From Nitrospirota bacterium (GTDB lineage Bacteria; Nitrospirota; Thermodesulfovibrionia; Thermodesulfovibrionales; UBA9159), in contig CAVOUE010000003.1 in NCBI GenBank assembly GCA_963699545.1, positions 416,001 to 480,000 of the forward strand: a stretch of DNA of 64,000 bases, given 5' to 3'. The translations under genes were made by a program, and so were the position numbers. The stretch's first letter is position 1. Every line of letters begins with the position of its first letter. The notes under the pieces were generated by a model. That model did not search any database, had not been told where the DNA came from, and worked only from the letters and a program-made list of their open reading frames with translations. Below are positions 54,444 through 64,000 of this stretch, piece after piece.

Positions 54444-55739
54444 TTACATTTTCCTCAGTACCACCACCGCATTCACCCCGCCGAACCCAAAGGAATCTGA
54501 GATGGCGGTCTTTATGTCGGCCTTCTTCTTCCCGGTGGTGATGACATTGATATCGCACTCGGGATCCTTTTCATGAAGATTGATGGTGGGCGGGATCACG
54601 CCTTCTTTCATCGACATAAGTGTGGCTGCGATCTCCAGCGCCCCCGATGCAGCGAGCATGTGGCCGGTCATGGATTTTAGAGCGCTGGCAGGGATTCTTG
54701 AGGCCCTTTTCCCAAAGGCTTTTTGTATCGCCTGGGCTTCAGCCTGATCTCCGAGGGTGGTGCCCGTTCCGTGGGTGTTGATGTAATCGACGTCGTCAGG
54801 CGTCACAGCCGCCTCTTTCATCGCGACGCTCATAGCGGCTGATTCACCCCTTGGATGAGGCTTTGTCATGTGAAATGCGTCGGAGGTATTTCCATATCCG
54901 ATGATTTCGCCGTATATTTTTGCGCCTCTTTTCCTGGCATGCTCGTATTCCTCAAGCACCAGCATGCACGCGCCTTCCGAAAGCACAAACCCGTCCCGCT
55001 CTTTATCAAAAGGCCTTGGCATATCGGACACACCCTCTGATGGTTTAGTGCGGGTTGACAATGCGCCTGCCGTCCCGTACCCTTCTATGCACAGTCTGCA
55101 CAAGGGCGCCTCGGTCCCTCCGGCAATTATCAACTGCACGTGGCCGGACTTGATGAGCCTGAACGCTTCTCCGATCGCATTTGTCCCGGAGGCGCATGCG
55201 TTGGAAAGGCCGAGACAATGTCCCCTGACACCCAGCTTCTGCGCAACATAGGAGGCGGCCATACTGATGGTGGTTGCCGGCATAAGGTAGGGAGAGACTC
55301 TCAAACGCTCATTGCTGATCGCTGATCGCTGATTTGTGGCTTCAGAATCAGCCCGGAGCAGTGTTTTCTCTATCGTGCTGATGCCACCGCGGCTGGAACC
55401 GATGATCACACCGCCAGAACCGCGCAATGGGTCAAGGGCAATGCGTGAAGAGATCAGCCCTGCATCCTCTGCCGCCATCACTGCGGCAGAAACGGCGTAA
55501 TGCACGAACGGGTCAAGTCTCCTTATCTCCTTCGGGGAAAGGTACGCCCCTGCATCGAAACCCTTCAACTCGCCAGCGACGCTCCACGGCAGGAGAGATG
55601 TGTCAAACCGTGTTATCCGTTCTATGCCGGATACTCCCTTGTTGGCAGCTTCCCACGCAGAGCTGAACGAATTGCCCAGCGGAGTGACTGCGCCTATGCC
55701 TGTAACCGCTACTCTCTTCACCTCAGCGTATGATACCAT
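54444..55739 (-). CDS. fabF: beta-ketoacyl-ACP synthase II
   Basis: NACASG, HGTGT and KSMTGH (Cys-His-His triad), FGFGG; start uncertain. Confidence 0.9.
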   Translation of the reverse strand: MVSYAEVKRVAVTGIGAVTPLGNSFSSAWEAANKGVSGIERITRFDTSLLPWSVAGELKGFDAGAYLSPKEIRRLDPFVHYAVSAAVMAAEDAGLISSRIALDPLRGSGGVIIGSSRGGISTIEKTLLRADSEATNQRSAISNERLRVSPYLMPATTISMAASYVAQKLGVRGHCLGLSNACASGTNAIGEAFRLIKSGHVQLIIAGGTEAPLCRLCIEGYGTAGALSTRTKPSEGVSDMPRPFDKERDGFVLSEGACMLVLEEYEHARKRGAKIYGEIIGYGNTSDAFHMTKPHPRGESAAMSVAMKEAAVTPDDVDYINTHGTGTTLGDQAEAQAIQKAFGKRASRIPASALKSMTGHMLAASGALEIAATLMSMKEGVIPPTINLHEKDPECDINVITTGKKKADIKTAISDSFGFGGVNAVVVLRKM

Positions 55740-55835
55740 AAGCCCGGACACGGACATTGATGAGACGGGCGAAAATCATATTCCTTTTCCTCTGTCTTTG
55801 TGCTATATTTTTTATGAATCATCCGGATATGCAAA

Positions 55836-56498
55836 TTGCTGGGAGAAATACTAAAGAATAAGCGTGAAGAGTCACGGCTTGACCTCCGGGAGATCGCCCA
55901 TGCTCTGAGGTTTCAATACGACTATCTCAAGGCATTGGAGGATGAGGACCTCAACAAGCTCCCTCCCGATGTGTACGCAAAGGCCTATATAAGGGGCTAT
56001 GCGAAATTCCTCAATATCGACCCTCTCCCCCTTCTTGACGACTTCGCTGAGCTGGGAAGAAAGAGTTCCGGGGAAGTGCAGGTCGAGGCGCCTCAGCCGG
56101 CCCAACCAAGAAAGAATCCCCCGTTGCCGAAAATAGCACTGGTCGCCTCAGTGATTATGGTTATCGCCCTGATCCTCGTTATTTTCATGTATGCGAACAG
56201 GCCTGCGGCCCCCGTCCATTCAACGGTGTCCGTCCCTAGTGAGGCTGTGCCTTCGAAAGGACCGCAGCAGCACGTCCTCGATGTTACCGCCACAGAGACC
56301 ACATGGCTCCTCGTTGAGACGCGGGAAGGGATATCGGAAGAGGTGCTCCTCAGGCCCGGGGAAACGAGGAAATGGACGTCAGAGAGCGGCTTTGATCTCA
56401 AGGTGGGAAATGCGGGGGGGATCAGGCTCGTATTCGATAACAACGAGATCGGGACCCCGGGGGAGAAGGGACGCGTGGTAAGGCTCCACCTCCCCTGA
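55836..56498 (+). CDS. RodZ-like protein (HTH, transmembrane helix, DUF4115-like domain)
   Basis: YLKALE...KAYIRGYAKFL, one TM helix, VGNAGG. Confidence 0.8.
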   Translation: MLGEILKNKREESRLDLREIAHALRFQYDYLKALEDEDLNKLPPDVYAKAYIRGYAKFLNIDPLPLLDDFAELGRKSSGEVQVEAPQPAQPRKNPPLPKIALVASVIMVIALILVIFMYANRPAAPVHSTVSVPSEAVPSKGPQQHVLDVTATETTWLLVETREGISEEVLLRPGETRKWTSESGFDLKVGNAGGIRLVFDNNEIGTPGEKGRVVRLHLP

Positions 56499-56561
56499 TA
56501 TCCGACCAAACGGGTTTCCCGGCAGATAGCGGGAAACTATTGGGCGGGGGTATAATAGGGC

Positions 56562-57326
56562 ATGAAATCAGCCTTGACCATTGCGGGTTCTGACCCCACG
56601 GGTGGAGCAGGGTTTCAGGCAGACCTGAAAGTATTCAGGGCCTTTGGAGTCCACGGCTTGTCCATCCCCGCTGCCCTCACCGCACAGAACACTTCCGGCA
56701 TAGGAAGGATCTTCCCTGTGGAGAGGGAATTCTTCCGCGTTCAGATGGATGAGCTTTTGGGGGACATAAGACCCGATGCCCTGAAAACAGGTATGCTTTA
56801 CAGCGTCTGGGCGGTAGAGGTGGTTGCTGCTATGATGAGGGAGTATTCCCCTGCAAACCTCGTCGTTGACCCGGTTACCGTATCGTCCTCGGGAACAGGC
56901 CTGGTTGTTGACGGCACCCTCGACATGATACGGGATACGCTTTTCCCTCTGGCAAGGGTGATCACCCCGAACATCTACGAGGCTTCTATTTTCACGGGGC
57001 TGAACATAGAGGACGAAAAGGATATGAGAGAAGCTGCCCTGAGGCTGAAAGAGATGGGTCCGGAAGTGGTAGTGATCACGGGCGGCCATCTCGAAAGAGT
57101 CACCCTGGATCTTTATTACGACGGGAATGTCTTTCACGATCTGGAAGCACCCAAGCTTACGGGAGAATATCACGGAACCGGCTGTGCCTTCTCCGCAGCC
57201 ATTACCGCGTGCCTTGCGTCCGGTCATGCTCCCCTTGAATCCGTCAGACAGGCGAAGGAGTTTGTGACCGGGGCGATACGAAAGGCCTATCACCTCGGCA
57301 GAGGAATGGGGCTGCTTTATCTGTAG
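56562..57326 (+). CDS. thiD: Hydroxymethylpyrimidine/phosphomethylpyrimidine kinase
   Basis: TIAGSDPTGGAG-QADLK, KTGML, TPN--EA, HGTGC. Confidence 0.95.
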   Translation: MKSALTIAGSDPTGGAGFQADLKVFRAFGVHGLSIPAALTAQNTSGIGRIFPVEREFFRVQMDELLGDIRPDALKTGMLYSVWAVEVVAAMMREYSPANLVVDPVTVSSSGTGLVVDGTLDMIRDTLFPLARVITPNIYEASIFTGLNIEDEKDMREAALRLKEMGPEVVVITGGHLERVTLDLYYDGNVFHDLEAPKLTGEYHGTGCAFSAAITACLASGHAPLESVRQAKEFVTGAIRKAYHLGRGMGLLYL

Positions 57327-57359
57327 AATTGGCTCCGGAGTCGGCCCAGAACGAAGATA

Positions 57360-58721
57360 ATGTCTAAACAGAAGACCTTCTATCAATGTCAGGCCTGCGG
57401 ATATGCCAGCCCGAAGTGGCTTGGGAAATGTCCGGACTGTGGCGCATGGAATACTCTGGTGGAAGAAAGATCCATCCCTGATACACGCCGGCACGGTCAC
57501 CAGTCCTTTGAAAAGGCCCAGCCCCAGGCGCTCAGTGCCATAACCGGAGGAAAAGGGAAAAGGATATCGACCGGGATTAATGAACTTGACAGGGTTCTCG
57601 GGGGCGGTGTTGTGGAAGGCTCCGTGGTTCTCGTGGGTGGCGACCCCGGGATCGGCAAGTCGACTCTCCTTATTCAGGCGGCATCGAAGCTTGCATTGAA
57701 GTGCGGCAAAGTGCTCTATGTGTCGGGTGAAGAATCGCCCGATCAGATCAAGCTCAGGGCCGAAAGGCTCGGGATCAATTCCGACAGCATCCTCCTCCTT
57801 TCCGAGACGCACCTTGAGGGGATTATCGGCACAGCGGCAGACATGTCGCCGGGTACTATCATTATCGATTCCATTCAGACCATGTACACAGAAGAGCTTA
57901 CCTCTGCCCCCGGTTCGGTAGGCCAGGTGAGGGAGTGCGCGGCCAAGCTGATGTATTTCGCCAAGAGGTCCGACATACCGCTCTTTATCATAGGGCATGT
58001 GACAAAGGAAGGTGCTATCGCAGGACCACGCGTTCTCGAACATATTGTCGATACCGTTCTCTATTTTGAAGGCGACAGAGGTCATGCGTACCGGATATTG
58101 CGTACGGTCAAGAACAGGTTCGGTTCCACCAATGAGATAGGGGTCTTCGAGATGACCGATGCCGGTCTGACGGCAATAGAAAACCCTTCGGAACTGTTCC
58201 TCTCCGAAAGACCCCAAAATGTCTCGGGGTCCACTGTGGTGGCGAGCATGGAGGGTACGAGACCCCTTCTGATCGAACTCCAGGCCCTTGTTTCCCCAAC
58301 TACCTTTGGTATGCCGAGGAGGACATGCATCGGAGTCGATTTCAACAGGGTAAATCTTCTTGTGGCAGTGCTGGAGAAGATCGCCGGCCTGCATCTCGGA
58401 GGCATGGATATATTCGTGAATGTGGTGGGCGGGATAAAGATTGTGGAGCCTGCGGTTGACATGGGGATTGTCGCGGCCATCGCATCATCTCTCAGGGAGG
58501 TCCCGATCCATTCCAAAACGGTGCTCTTTGGCGAGGTCGGCCTTTCAGGGGAGATACGGGCGGTGAACCAGGTTGAGGCACGGATAAAAGAGGCTGCGAA
58601 GATAGGGTTTGAGAGGGCAATCCTGCCGAGAACAAACGGGGCGCGTTTAAAGGACAACACCGGACTGGAGATCATCGGGGTGAATAACGTTGAGGACTTT
58701 CTTGAAGTTATCCTTGTGTAG
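57360..58721 (+). CDS. radA: DNA repair protein RadA/Sms
   Basis: CQACG...W-GKCPDC zinc finger, GDPGIGKST, KNRFG, GEVGLSGE. Confidence 0.98.
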   Translation: MSKQKTFYQCQACGYASPKWLGKCPDCGAWNTLVEERSIPDTRRHGHQSFEKAQPQALSAITGGKGKRISTGINELDRVLGGGVVEGSVVLVGGDPGIGKSTLLIQAASKLALKCGKVLYVSGEESPDQIKLRAERLGINSDSILLLSETHLEGIIGTAADMSPGTIIIDSIQTMYTEELTSAPGSVGQVRECAAKLMYFAKRSDIPLFIIGHVTKEGAIAGPRVLEHIVDTVLYFEGDRGHAYRILRTVKNRFGSTNEIGVFEMTDAGLTAIENPSELFLSERPQNVSGSTVVASMEGTRPLLIELQALVSPTTFGMPRRTCIGVDFNRVNLLVAVLEKIAGLHLGGMDIFVNVVGGIKIVEPAVDMGIVAAIASSLREVPIHSKTVLFGEVGLSGEIRAVNQVEARIKEAAKIGFERAILPRTNGARLKDNTGLEIIGVNNVEDFLEVILV

Positions 58722-59364
58722 GGGCAAGGCACACGGGACAGAGAGAGCTTTTTCCCCCCTGGGCTGCATATTCCTGATTCTCTTCGTCCTTCTCCCCTCA
58801 TGCGCTACAAAAAGAGTCGAAATTCCCACTTACGAAGGGGTCGATGTGCGCTCCGTACTGTCCGGCAGAGAAACCGTAAAAGCCATTGATTCACATTTCT
58901 CCATCGAAGTTGAAAAGGACGGCAGCGCGATGAGGGGCGATGCCGTGCTTAAGGTCACCCACGAAACTCTCGACCTCCAGGTCTATTCCCTTGGGTTTCT
59001 TGTGGCGGAGGTCATATCAAATGACGCGGGAACAAGGAGTGACCCTCCTCTTGACAGGAGCAGGCTCCTGATGCTTGTGGACGGTATCAGGAACAGTTTT
59101 TTCTGGTGGTCCATAAAGAACCCGGAGATAACAGAAGACGATGGGGCCTTCCGCGTGGGAAACTCATGGAGGAGACTTCTCCTCAACAGAAAGACGTTGA
59201 TGCCCGAGAAACAGATAATAGAACTGGAGGACGGGCGCCAGCTAACCGTCGTTTACGACGAACCCGCGTTGATGGAGGGTGGATGGTTTCCTTCGAAGAT
59301 GCGGATTGAACTTGCGAATCGGTCGGTAACCATAAAGATCAAATCCCTTTCATTCAGGGAGTAG
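58690..59364 (+). CDS. Putative lipoprotein (LolA/LolB-like possible); start uncertain
   Basis: Hydrophobic stretch ending in lipobox-like LPSC. Confidence 0.55.
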   Translation: MRTFLKLSLCRGKAHGTERAFSPLGCIFLILFVLLPSCATKRVEIPTYEGVDVRSVLSGRETVKAIDSHFSIEVEKDGSAMRGDAVLKVTHETLDLQVYSLGFLVAEVISNDAGTRSDPPLDRSRLLMLVDGIRNSFFWWSIKNPEITEDDGAFRVGNSWRRLLLNRKTLMPEKQIIELEDGRQLTVVYDEPALMEGGWFPSKMRIELANRSVTIKIKSLSFRE

Positions 59365-59378
59365 CTTGCAGGAGGAGA

Positions 59379-60209
59379 TCATCGTTTCGGTTCGCCGTTA
59401 AGTCCGAGGTCAATGGCCACCGCCTTGATCACCGACTCATCAATGCTCTTTGTTTTGAATAGGAAGCCTTCCAGAAGGGCGTTATCACAGATGGTATTGA
59501 TGAGCCTCGGCACGCCGGAAGAGTACCGGTAGACTTCGGCTATGGCACGATCCGTGAAGATGTCGTTCGTGCCCCCGGCGACCTTCATTCTGTGCCCGAT
59601 ATAGTCCTTCGTATCCTGGTCGGAAAAGGGTTTAATGGTGATCTTCATGGCCACCCTCTGCTTGAGAGGTTCGTCCAGGGAAAGAACATCTTCAAGGTCG
59701 GAAAGTCCGAAAAAGATAAGGTTTATCATCTTTCCCCCGGGCACTTCCATATTGAGCAGCCCCCTGAACTCCTCCATGATCTCCCGGGACTTCAGCATCT
59801 GGACTTCGTCCATAAGGAGGACGGCGGTCTTTCCGCTCTCGTTGATCTCCAGGAGTCTCCTGTATATCTGACTGAGCATTTCCACTTTGCTCTCATTCTT
59901 GATGTCATCAACCCCAAGCTGAATGGCGAATTTCCTGAGCAGCCATTCGGAACTTACCGAGGAGTGGATGATCACCAGCAAGGTCGCCTCATAACTGTTT
60001 TCGTCAAGCTCTTCCAGGAGCCTTCTCGCAAGGGTGGTCTTCCCTGCGCCGATATCCCCGATAACCACCGCGAGCCCTTTCTTGGTGTCGATGGCATACC
60101 TGAGCTTTATCAACGCATCCCTGACTTGCGGACTGTTGTAATAAAACTTATTGTCTACAACGTTGGTGAAAGGATGTTCCTTGAGGCCGTAATATTCGAG
60201 GTAATCCAT
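59379..60209 (-). CDS. ExeA-like AAA+ ATPase
   Basis: GDIGAGKTT, DEVQ, QRV, S-GVPRLINT-CD. Confidence 0.9.
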   Translation of the reverse strand: MDYLEYYGLKEHPFTNVVDNKFYYNSPQVRDALIKLRYAIDTKKGLAVVIGDIGAGKTTLARRLLEELDENSYEATLLVIIHSSVSSEWLLRKFAIQLGVDDIKNESKVEMLSQIYRRLLEINESGKTAVLLMDEVQMLKSREIMEEFRGLLNMEVPGGKMINLIFFGLSDLEDVLSLDEPLKQRVAMKITIKPFSDQDTKDYIGHRMKVAGGTNDIFTDRAIAEVYRYSSGVPRLINTICDNALLEGFLFKTKSIDESVIKAVAIDLGLNGEPKR

Positions 60210-60212
60210 GTC

Positions 60213-62525
60213 TTAAATGTATGAGACCCTGTCTTTCTTGTCCTTCTGCTTCGTCATCGTCTCTTCCTTTGACATGAGGGACTTGAGAGCGTTGAGCTTG
60301 TCCGCAACCTGTCGGAATTTCGAATCCCAGCCGAAGATCTCGCTGTAAATGTCATACGCCTCCTTAAGGTTGGCGTTCTTTTCATAGGCGGATGCAAGGT
60401 CAAAGTTTGCGCCCCAGTAAGCCTCGTCGCGGGTCTCGATATTATTCAGCGCACCCTTGAAAGAATCGATGGCAAGGGGGTAGAGCCCTTTTTCCATGTA
60501 ACAGATGCCGAGCATGCTCGTGGACCGTACAGCACACTTCGGGTCGTTTCTCGATGTCTGGAATTCTTTTATCGCATCGTCGATAAGACCCATTTCCTTA
60601 TATGCGATGCCGAGATTGTAATGTGTCTCCGAATCCTCTGCCTCAAGCTCCTTTTCGAGGCCCTTTTTGAATTCTTCAAATATATCAAGGACGTCGGTAT
60701 CAAACTGAGGCTCCACGATCTCTTCTACGGCATGCGCCTCCACTGTCTCCGCGGGTGCGAATTCCTGCACGTGTATCCCTTCGGCACCCGCAGCGGCGTG
60801 CTCTTCCCGTGTGCTTGCCGATTCAGGAAGCGCACCTTCCAGGGAAGATACCTTGTCCAGCAAATCCCCGTTGTCAGGAAAGAGTTTCAGCAGTTTGTGA
60901 TATATCCTTAATGCGTCGTCTTTCAGCCCTTGTCTGAGATAGAACTCTGCTTCGGCAATATCCTCTATATAGTCGTCACTGCTGAGCGATACCCCCTCTT
61001 CCGCTGCAGGGGCCTGGACGGGTTCTTTGCCTCCTGCGGAAAGCCTCTCCAGCACCCTGGGATCCTCGGGGTTTATCTGCGCGGCCTGTTTCAGCGCCGC
61101 CTCTTTCATTTCTGTATTCCCGTCCCTATCGTAGAGTTCAAAGAGGATGAGGCATTCCGTCACCGCCTGCTCCCCGTCATTGATCTCCAGGTACAAGGAT
61201 CTCAGCCTGGTGTGCACCGTGATGTTATCGGGTTCCTGCAATTTGAGATCTTCCAGGATTGACCGTGCCTCGTCAAACAAACCGTACTTGATGAAGATGT
61301 CAGCATCGGTAAGAAGGTCTTCCGTTGACTTTTCCTTTTCGACGGCAGAAGGTTCCATCCCTGTTGCCATTTCCTGCTCAGCAAGGATCCTCTTGATCTG
61401 TATGTCGTCCGGGTGTATCGTGAGCGCCTCCCGGTAATATTCGACCGCCTCTTCCTGCATCCCGCTGTCCATAAGCAGGTCCGCCACAAAGAGATTCTCT
61501 TCGAAGGCCGCCTCACTGTCGCCCTTCTGCCTGAACAAGGAGATGAGGAGTTTTCCTATCTCCACAGGATTGATATTCTTGAACTGTGCCGCAAGATTTA
61601 TGGCATCGTCCGTTCTGCCGTCGGTAATGAGGGAATCCACCACTGTTTCATACGACTCCCACGCCTTCTCCTTGTTCCCCATCGCGAGGTGAATATCGCC
61701 CGTCATCCTGACGACTTCGATGTCAGAGGGCTTCAATTCAGCGGCCTTCCCCACAGACGTGAGCGCATCGTCATATGCCGCAGCGTCCTTCTGGAGGGAG
61801 GCGCACCGCAGGATCAAATTCGCGTCATCCTTCTGCAGGGCCATCGCTTTCTTCATGCACTCGATGGCCTGCGGCAGAGCACCCCTCTTTTCATAGAGTT
61901 GACTCAGTCCCACCAGAGCGTTCTTGTTGTCAGGCTGGACCTCCAGGATCTTTGTGAAATAGGCCCGTGCCTGTTCGGTATCCCCCTTATCTGCGCAGAG
62001 GTTCGCAATATGGAGATATTCCCTCAAGGCATGGGAGGAGAACCCTTCTTTCAGGAAGAGCCCCGCAACCTTCTCTCGCAGGGGGATGTTGGAAGGGGCC
62101 AGCGCCAGGATCCGTTCATAGATGGCCAGGAATCTTTCTTTACTTGCTTGCTTTGCGAGAATATCAGCAACGGCGAGATAATACTTGATCGCATCGGTGA
62201 CGAGACCCTTTTCTTCGCTCAGTTCACCTAAGGCAGTATAAGCGCCTGCGTCAGCAGGATCGATATTGATAACTTTCTTGTAAAGAGCGAGGGCTTTGAG
62301 GGAGAATCCCCCCTCTCTGAAAAAGGTGGCGGCTTTATGGAAACAATCCACTGCGGGCTTCTTGTTGCCCTTCTTCAGATAAAGATCACCAATGGTGTTA
62401 TAAACATTGCCGTCGGGGGCTTCCTTGATGAGTTTCTCCCATTCAGCAATGGCCTTGTCGACCTGGCCTCGCGCGAGATACTTCTGCGCTTCCTTGACTA
62501 TTAAGCTTTTGTCGGGCATTGACAT
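60213..62525 (-). CDS. Large TPR-repeat protein
   Basis: Multiple TPR units, e.g. THYNLGIAYKEMGLIDDAIKEF; acidic linker. Confidence 0.85.
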   Translation of the reverse strand: MSMPDKSLIVKEAQKYLARGQVDKAIAEWEKLIKEAPDGNVYNTIGDLYLKKGNKKPAVDCFHKAATFFREGGFSLKALALYKKVINIDPADAGAYTALGELSEEKGLVTDAIKYYLAVADILAKQASKERFLAIYERILALAPSNIPLREKVAGLFLKEGFSSHALREYLHIANLCADKGDTEQARAYFTKILEVQPDNKNALVGLSQLYEKRGALPQAIECMKKAMALQKDDANLILRCASLQKDAAAYDDALTSVGKAAELKPSDIEVVRMTGDIHLAMGNKEKAWESYETVVDSLITDGRTDDAINLAAQFKNINPVEIGKLLISLFRQKGDSEAAFEENLFVADLLMDSGMQEEAVEYYREALTIHPDDIQIKRILAEQEMATGMEPSAVEKEKSTEDLLTDADIFIKYGLFDEARSILEDLKLQEPDNITVHTRLRSLYLEINDGEQAVTECLILFELYDRDGNTEMKEAALKQAAQINPEDPRVLERLSAGGKEPVQAPAAEEGVSLSSDDYIEDIAEAEFYLRQGLKDDALRIYHKLLKLFPDNGDLLDKVSSLEGALPESASTREEHAAAGAEGIHVQEFAPAETVEAHAVEEIVEPQFDTDVLDIFEEFKKGLEKELEAEDSETHYNLGIAYKEMGLIDDAIKEFQTSRNDPKCAVRSTSMLGICYMEKGLYPLAIDSFKGALNNIETRDEAYWGANFDLASAYEKNANLKEAYDIYSEIFGWDSKFRQVADKLNALKSLMSKEETMTKQKDKKDRVSYI

Positions 62526-62834
62526 TACTTTCAAAAGTATCATACTATGGCAAAAAGTGTCAATAAGTGAGCATTTTTCTTGCTTGTAGGCCAATCACTT
62601 TCCGGGCATTCTGTTCGACAGGGCTCCTTCTGAAAGTGCCCTGATCCTGACCAGGACTTCTCCGAAAAATAATAAGTATCCTCCTGCCCGTTGGTGAGAT
62701 ATGACAACTCTTCTGCCGGTGAAGCAAACAATTTCCGCTGGAGCAGAAGCCGTAATCTATATGGTGTATAATAGGACTCACAGCGGACGAGAAGCGCCGT
62801 GGTAACAGTAAGAGGAGGAAAAGAAGAGAAAAAC

Positions 62835-64000
62835 ATGGCAGTGCGGCTGACAACGGGGAAGACGGTACCGGTTTCTGAAGGCGATGATCTTTATCATGGG
62901 CTGAAGGGCCAGGGGGTCTATCTCGTCGCTTCGTGCGGAGGCAAAGGGACCTGCGGAAAGTGCAAGGTGAGGATCGTGGAGGGGCAGTCCGAATCTGCTT
63001 CCCACGGGAAGCTCGGCCAGAAGGAGAGGGAGCAGGGTTTTGTGCTTGCATGCCAGACCCATCCAAAAGGGGATATCCTGATAGATATCCCGAAGGAATC
63101 CATGCTCGCGGTGGGGGATAAGATCGCGATCTCGAAAGCACGGGACCTTTTCGAGCTCTTTGAAGCGTTTCATGTGCCGGTCTCCCCTGTAGTCAGGCAT
63201 CTCTGCCTTGAAGTGCCCCCCCCCACGATCCATGACAATATCAGCGATATCGAACGCCTGAAAAGGGTGCTGGAGGAGAGGGGAATAAAGGGGATGAGAT
63301 TTTCACACGCGTTTGTCTCATCCATGGCAAAGGCCTTGAGGGAAGCGGACTGGAAGATCATCCTGGGATATACAGAGGATTCAGAGGGGGTCTTCATCGA
63401 CGACGCCAATAACTATAAAGATAAATACGGCCTCGCTATTGATATCGGAACGACGACCGTGGTCGTTGACCTTGTGGACCTTGCTGACGGGAGGCTTGTT
63501 GATGTGGGGTCCACGTACAACTCCCAGATGAGGTTCGGTGATGACGTAATAACGCGTATTATTCATGCCACAGAAGGAGGAGGGCTTTCCGAACTGAAGA
63601 ATGCCGTAATCGGTGATATTAATGATATTATCACCCCCCTGGCGGAGCGCCATTCCATAGGAAGGGAAGAGATCGAATCTGTTGTGGTGGCGGGCAATAC
63701 CACCATGTCTCAGTTGTTCTGGGGGCTTGACCCCGCACCTATCAGGGAGGAACCTTATATTCCTACCGTGAATTTCTTCCCGAAATGGAAGGCGGGGACT
63801 GCGAAGATCGCAGTGAATTCCCAGGCCCCTGTGTATACAGTTCCGTGTGTTGCCAGTTATGTTGGCGGTGATATCGTTGCAGGGGTTCTCGCATCAAGGA
63901 TGCACAAGAACCCGGAGATAGCCCTTTTCATGGATATCGGGACAAACGGGGAGATCGCCGTCGGAAACAACGAGTGGCTCATGACCGCAGCCTGTTCTGC
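62835..64000 (+). CDS. 2Fe-2S/ASKHA corrinoid reductive activator (RACo/AcsV-like); runs off the window, absent from track
   Basis: CGGKGTCGKC...LACQ ferredoxin, DIGTTT, GNTTM, YVGGD, DIGTNGE. Confidence 0.9.
   Translation, partial: MAVRLTTGKTVPVSEGDDLYHGLKGQGVYLVASCGGKGTCGKCKVRIVEGQSESASHGKLGQKEREQGFVLACQTHPKGDILIDIPKESMLAVGDKIAISKARDLFELFEAFHVPVSPVVRHLCLEVPPPTIHDNISDIERLKRVLEERGIKGMRFSHAFVSSMAKALREADWKIILGYTEDSEGVFIDDANNYKDKYGLAIDIGTTTVVVDLVDLADGRLVDVGSTYNSQMRFGDDVITRIIHATEGGGLSELKNAVIGDINDIITPLAERHSIGREEIESVVVAGNTTMSQLFWGLDPAPIREEPYIPTVNFFPKWKAGTAKIAVNSQAPVYTVPCVASYVGGDIVAGVLASRMHKNPEIALFMDIGTNGEIAVGNNEWLMTAACS

Noticed and set aside
56568-58394. 608-aa minus-strand ORF and similar long antisense ORFs
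   Set aside because: Shadow frames of thiD-radA and other well-supported genes, with no motifs
62530-62834. Cobalamin riboswitch upstream of the corrinoid activator
   Set aside because: No recognisable B12-box or core motifs; only weak hairpins

Overview
Bacterial chromosomal window of mostly housekeeping and anaerobic-metabolism genes; gene content looks like an anaerobic Nitrospirota or Desulfobacterota-type organism (inference). Many core genes are split by single-base indels, which looks like uncorrected long-read error rather than decay. Core content: tRNA-Gln and tRNA-Glu, lpxC with a sigma54 promoter, tldD, mtnP, a selenocysteine formate dehydrogenase operon, an EF-G paralogue, panD-gatC-pcrA-glmS-glmU, yebC, an NtrC-type regulator, lipA, csp, larC, system II cytochrome c biogenesis genes, htpX, a Spt/bCerS/CerR-like sphingolipid cluster, fabF, thiD, radA and a corrinoid reductive activator cut by the window edge. 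Three AT-richer accessory zones stand out. (1) About 5.5-11.3 kb: an integron-like cassette array with no integrase, carrying SLATT+HAD, a TIR-domain effector and higBA; one attC is split exactly by an IS1111-type element with a ~530-bp downstream non-coding region (bridge/seekRNA candidate). (2) About 34.9-41.5 kb: an island with an N4/N6 methyltransferase, an unknown protein, a large GHKL/MORC-like ATPase and Fic, with no recognisable nuclease; this is the best candidate for an undescribed defence system. (3) About 51.5-54.1 kb: a solo attC with lipase and cyclase genes. Features missed or split by the ORF track: a 24-aa Lys/Ala histone-H1-like micropeptide, a UxxC selenoprotein DsbA inside the FDH operon, a Fis-type HTH inserted in ResB, and in-frame heptamer-repeat insertions in enzymes.
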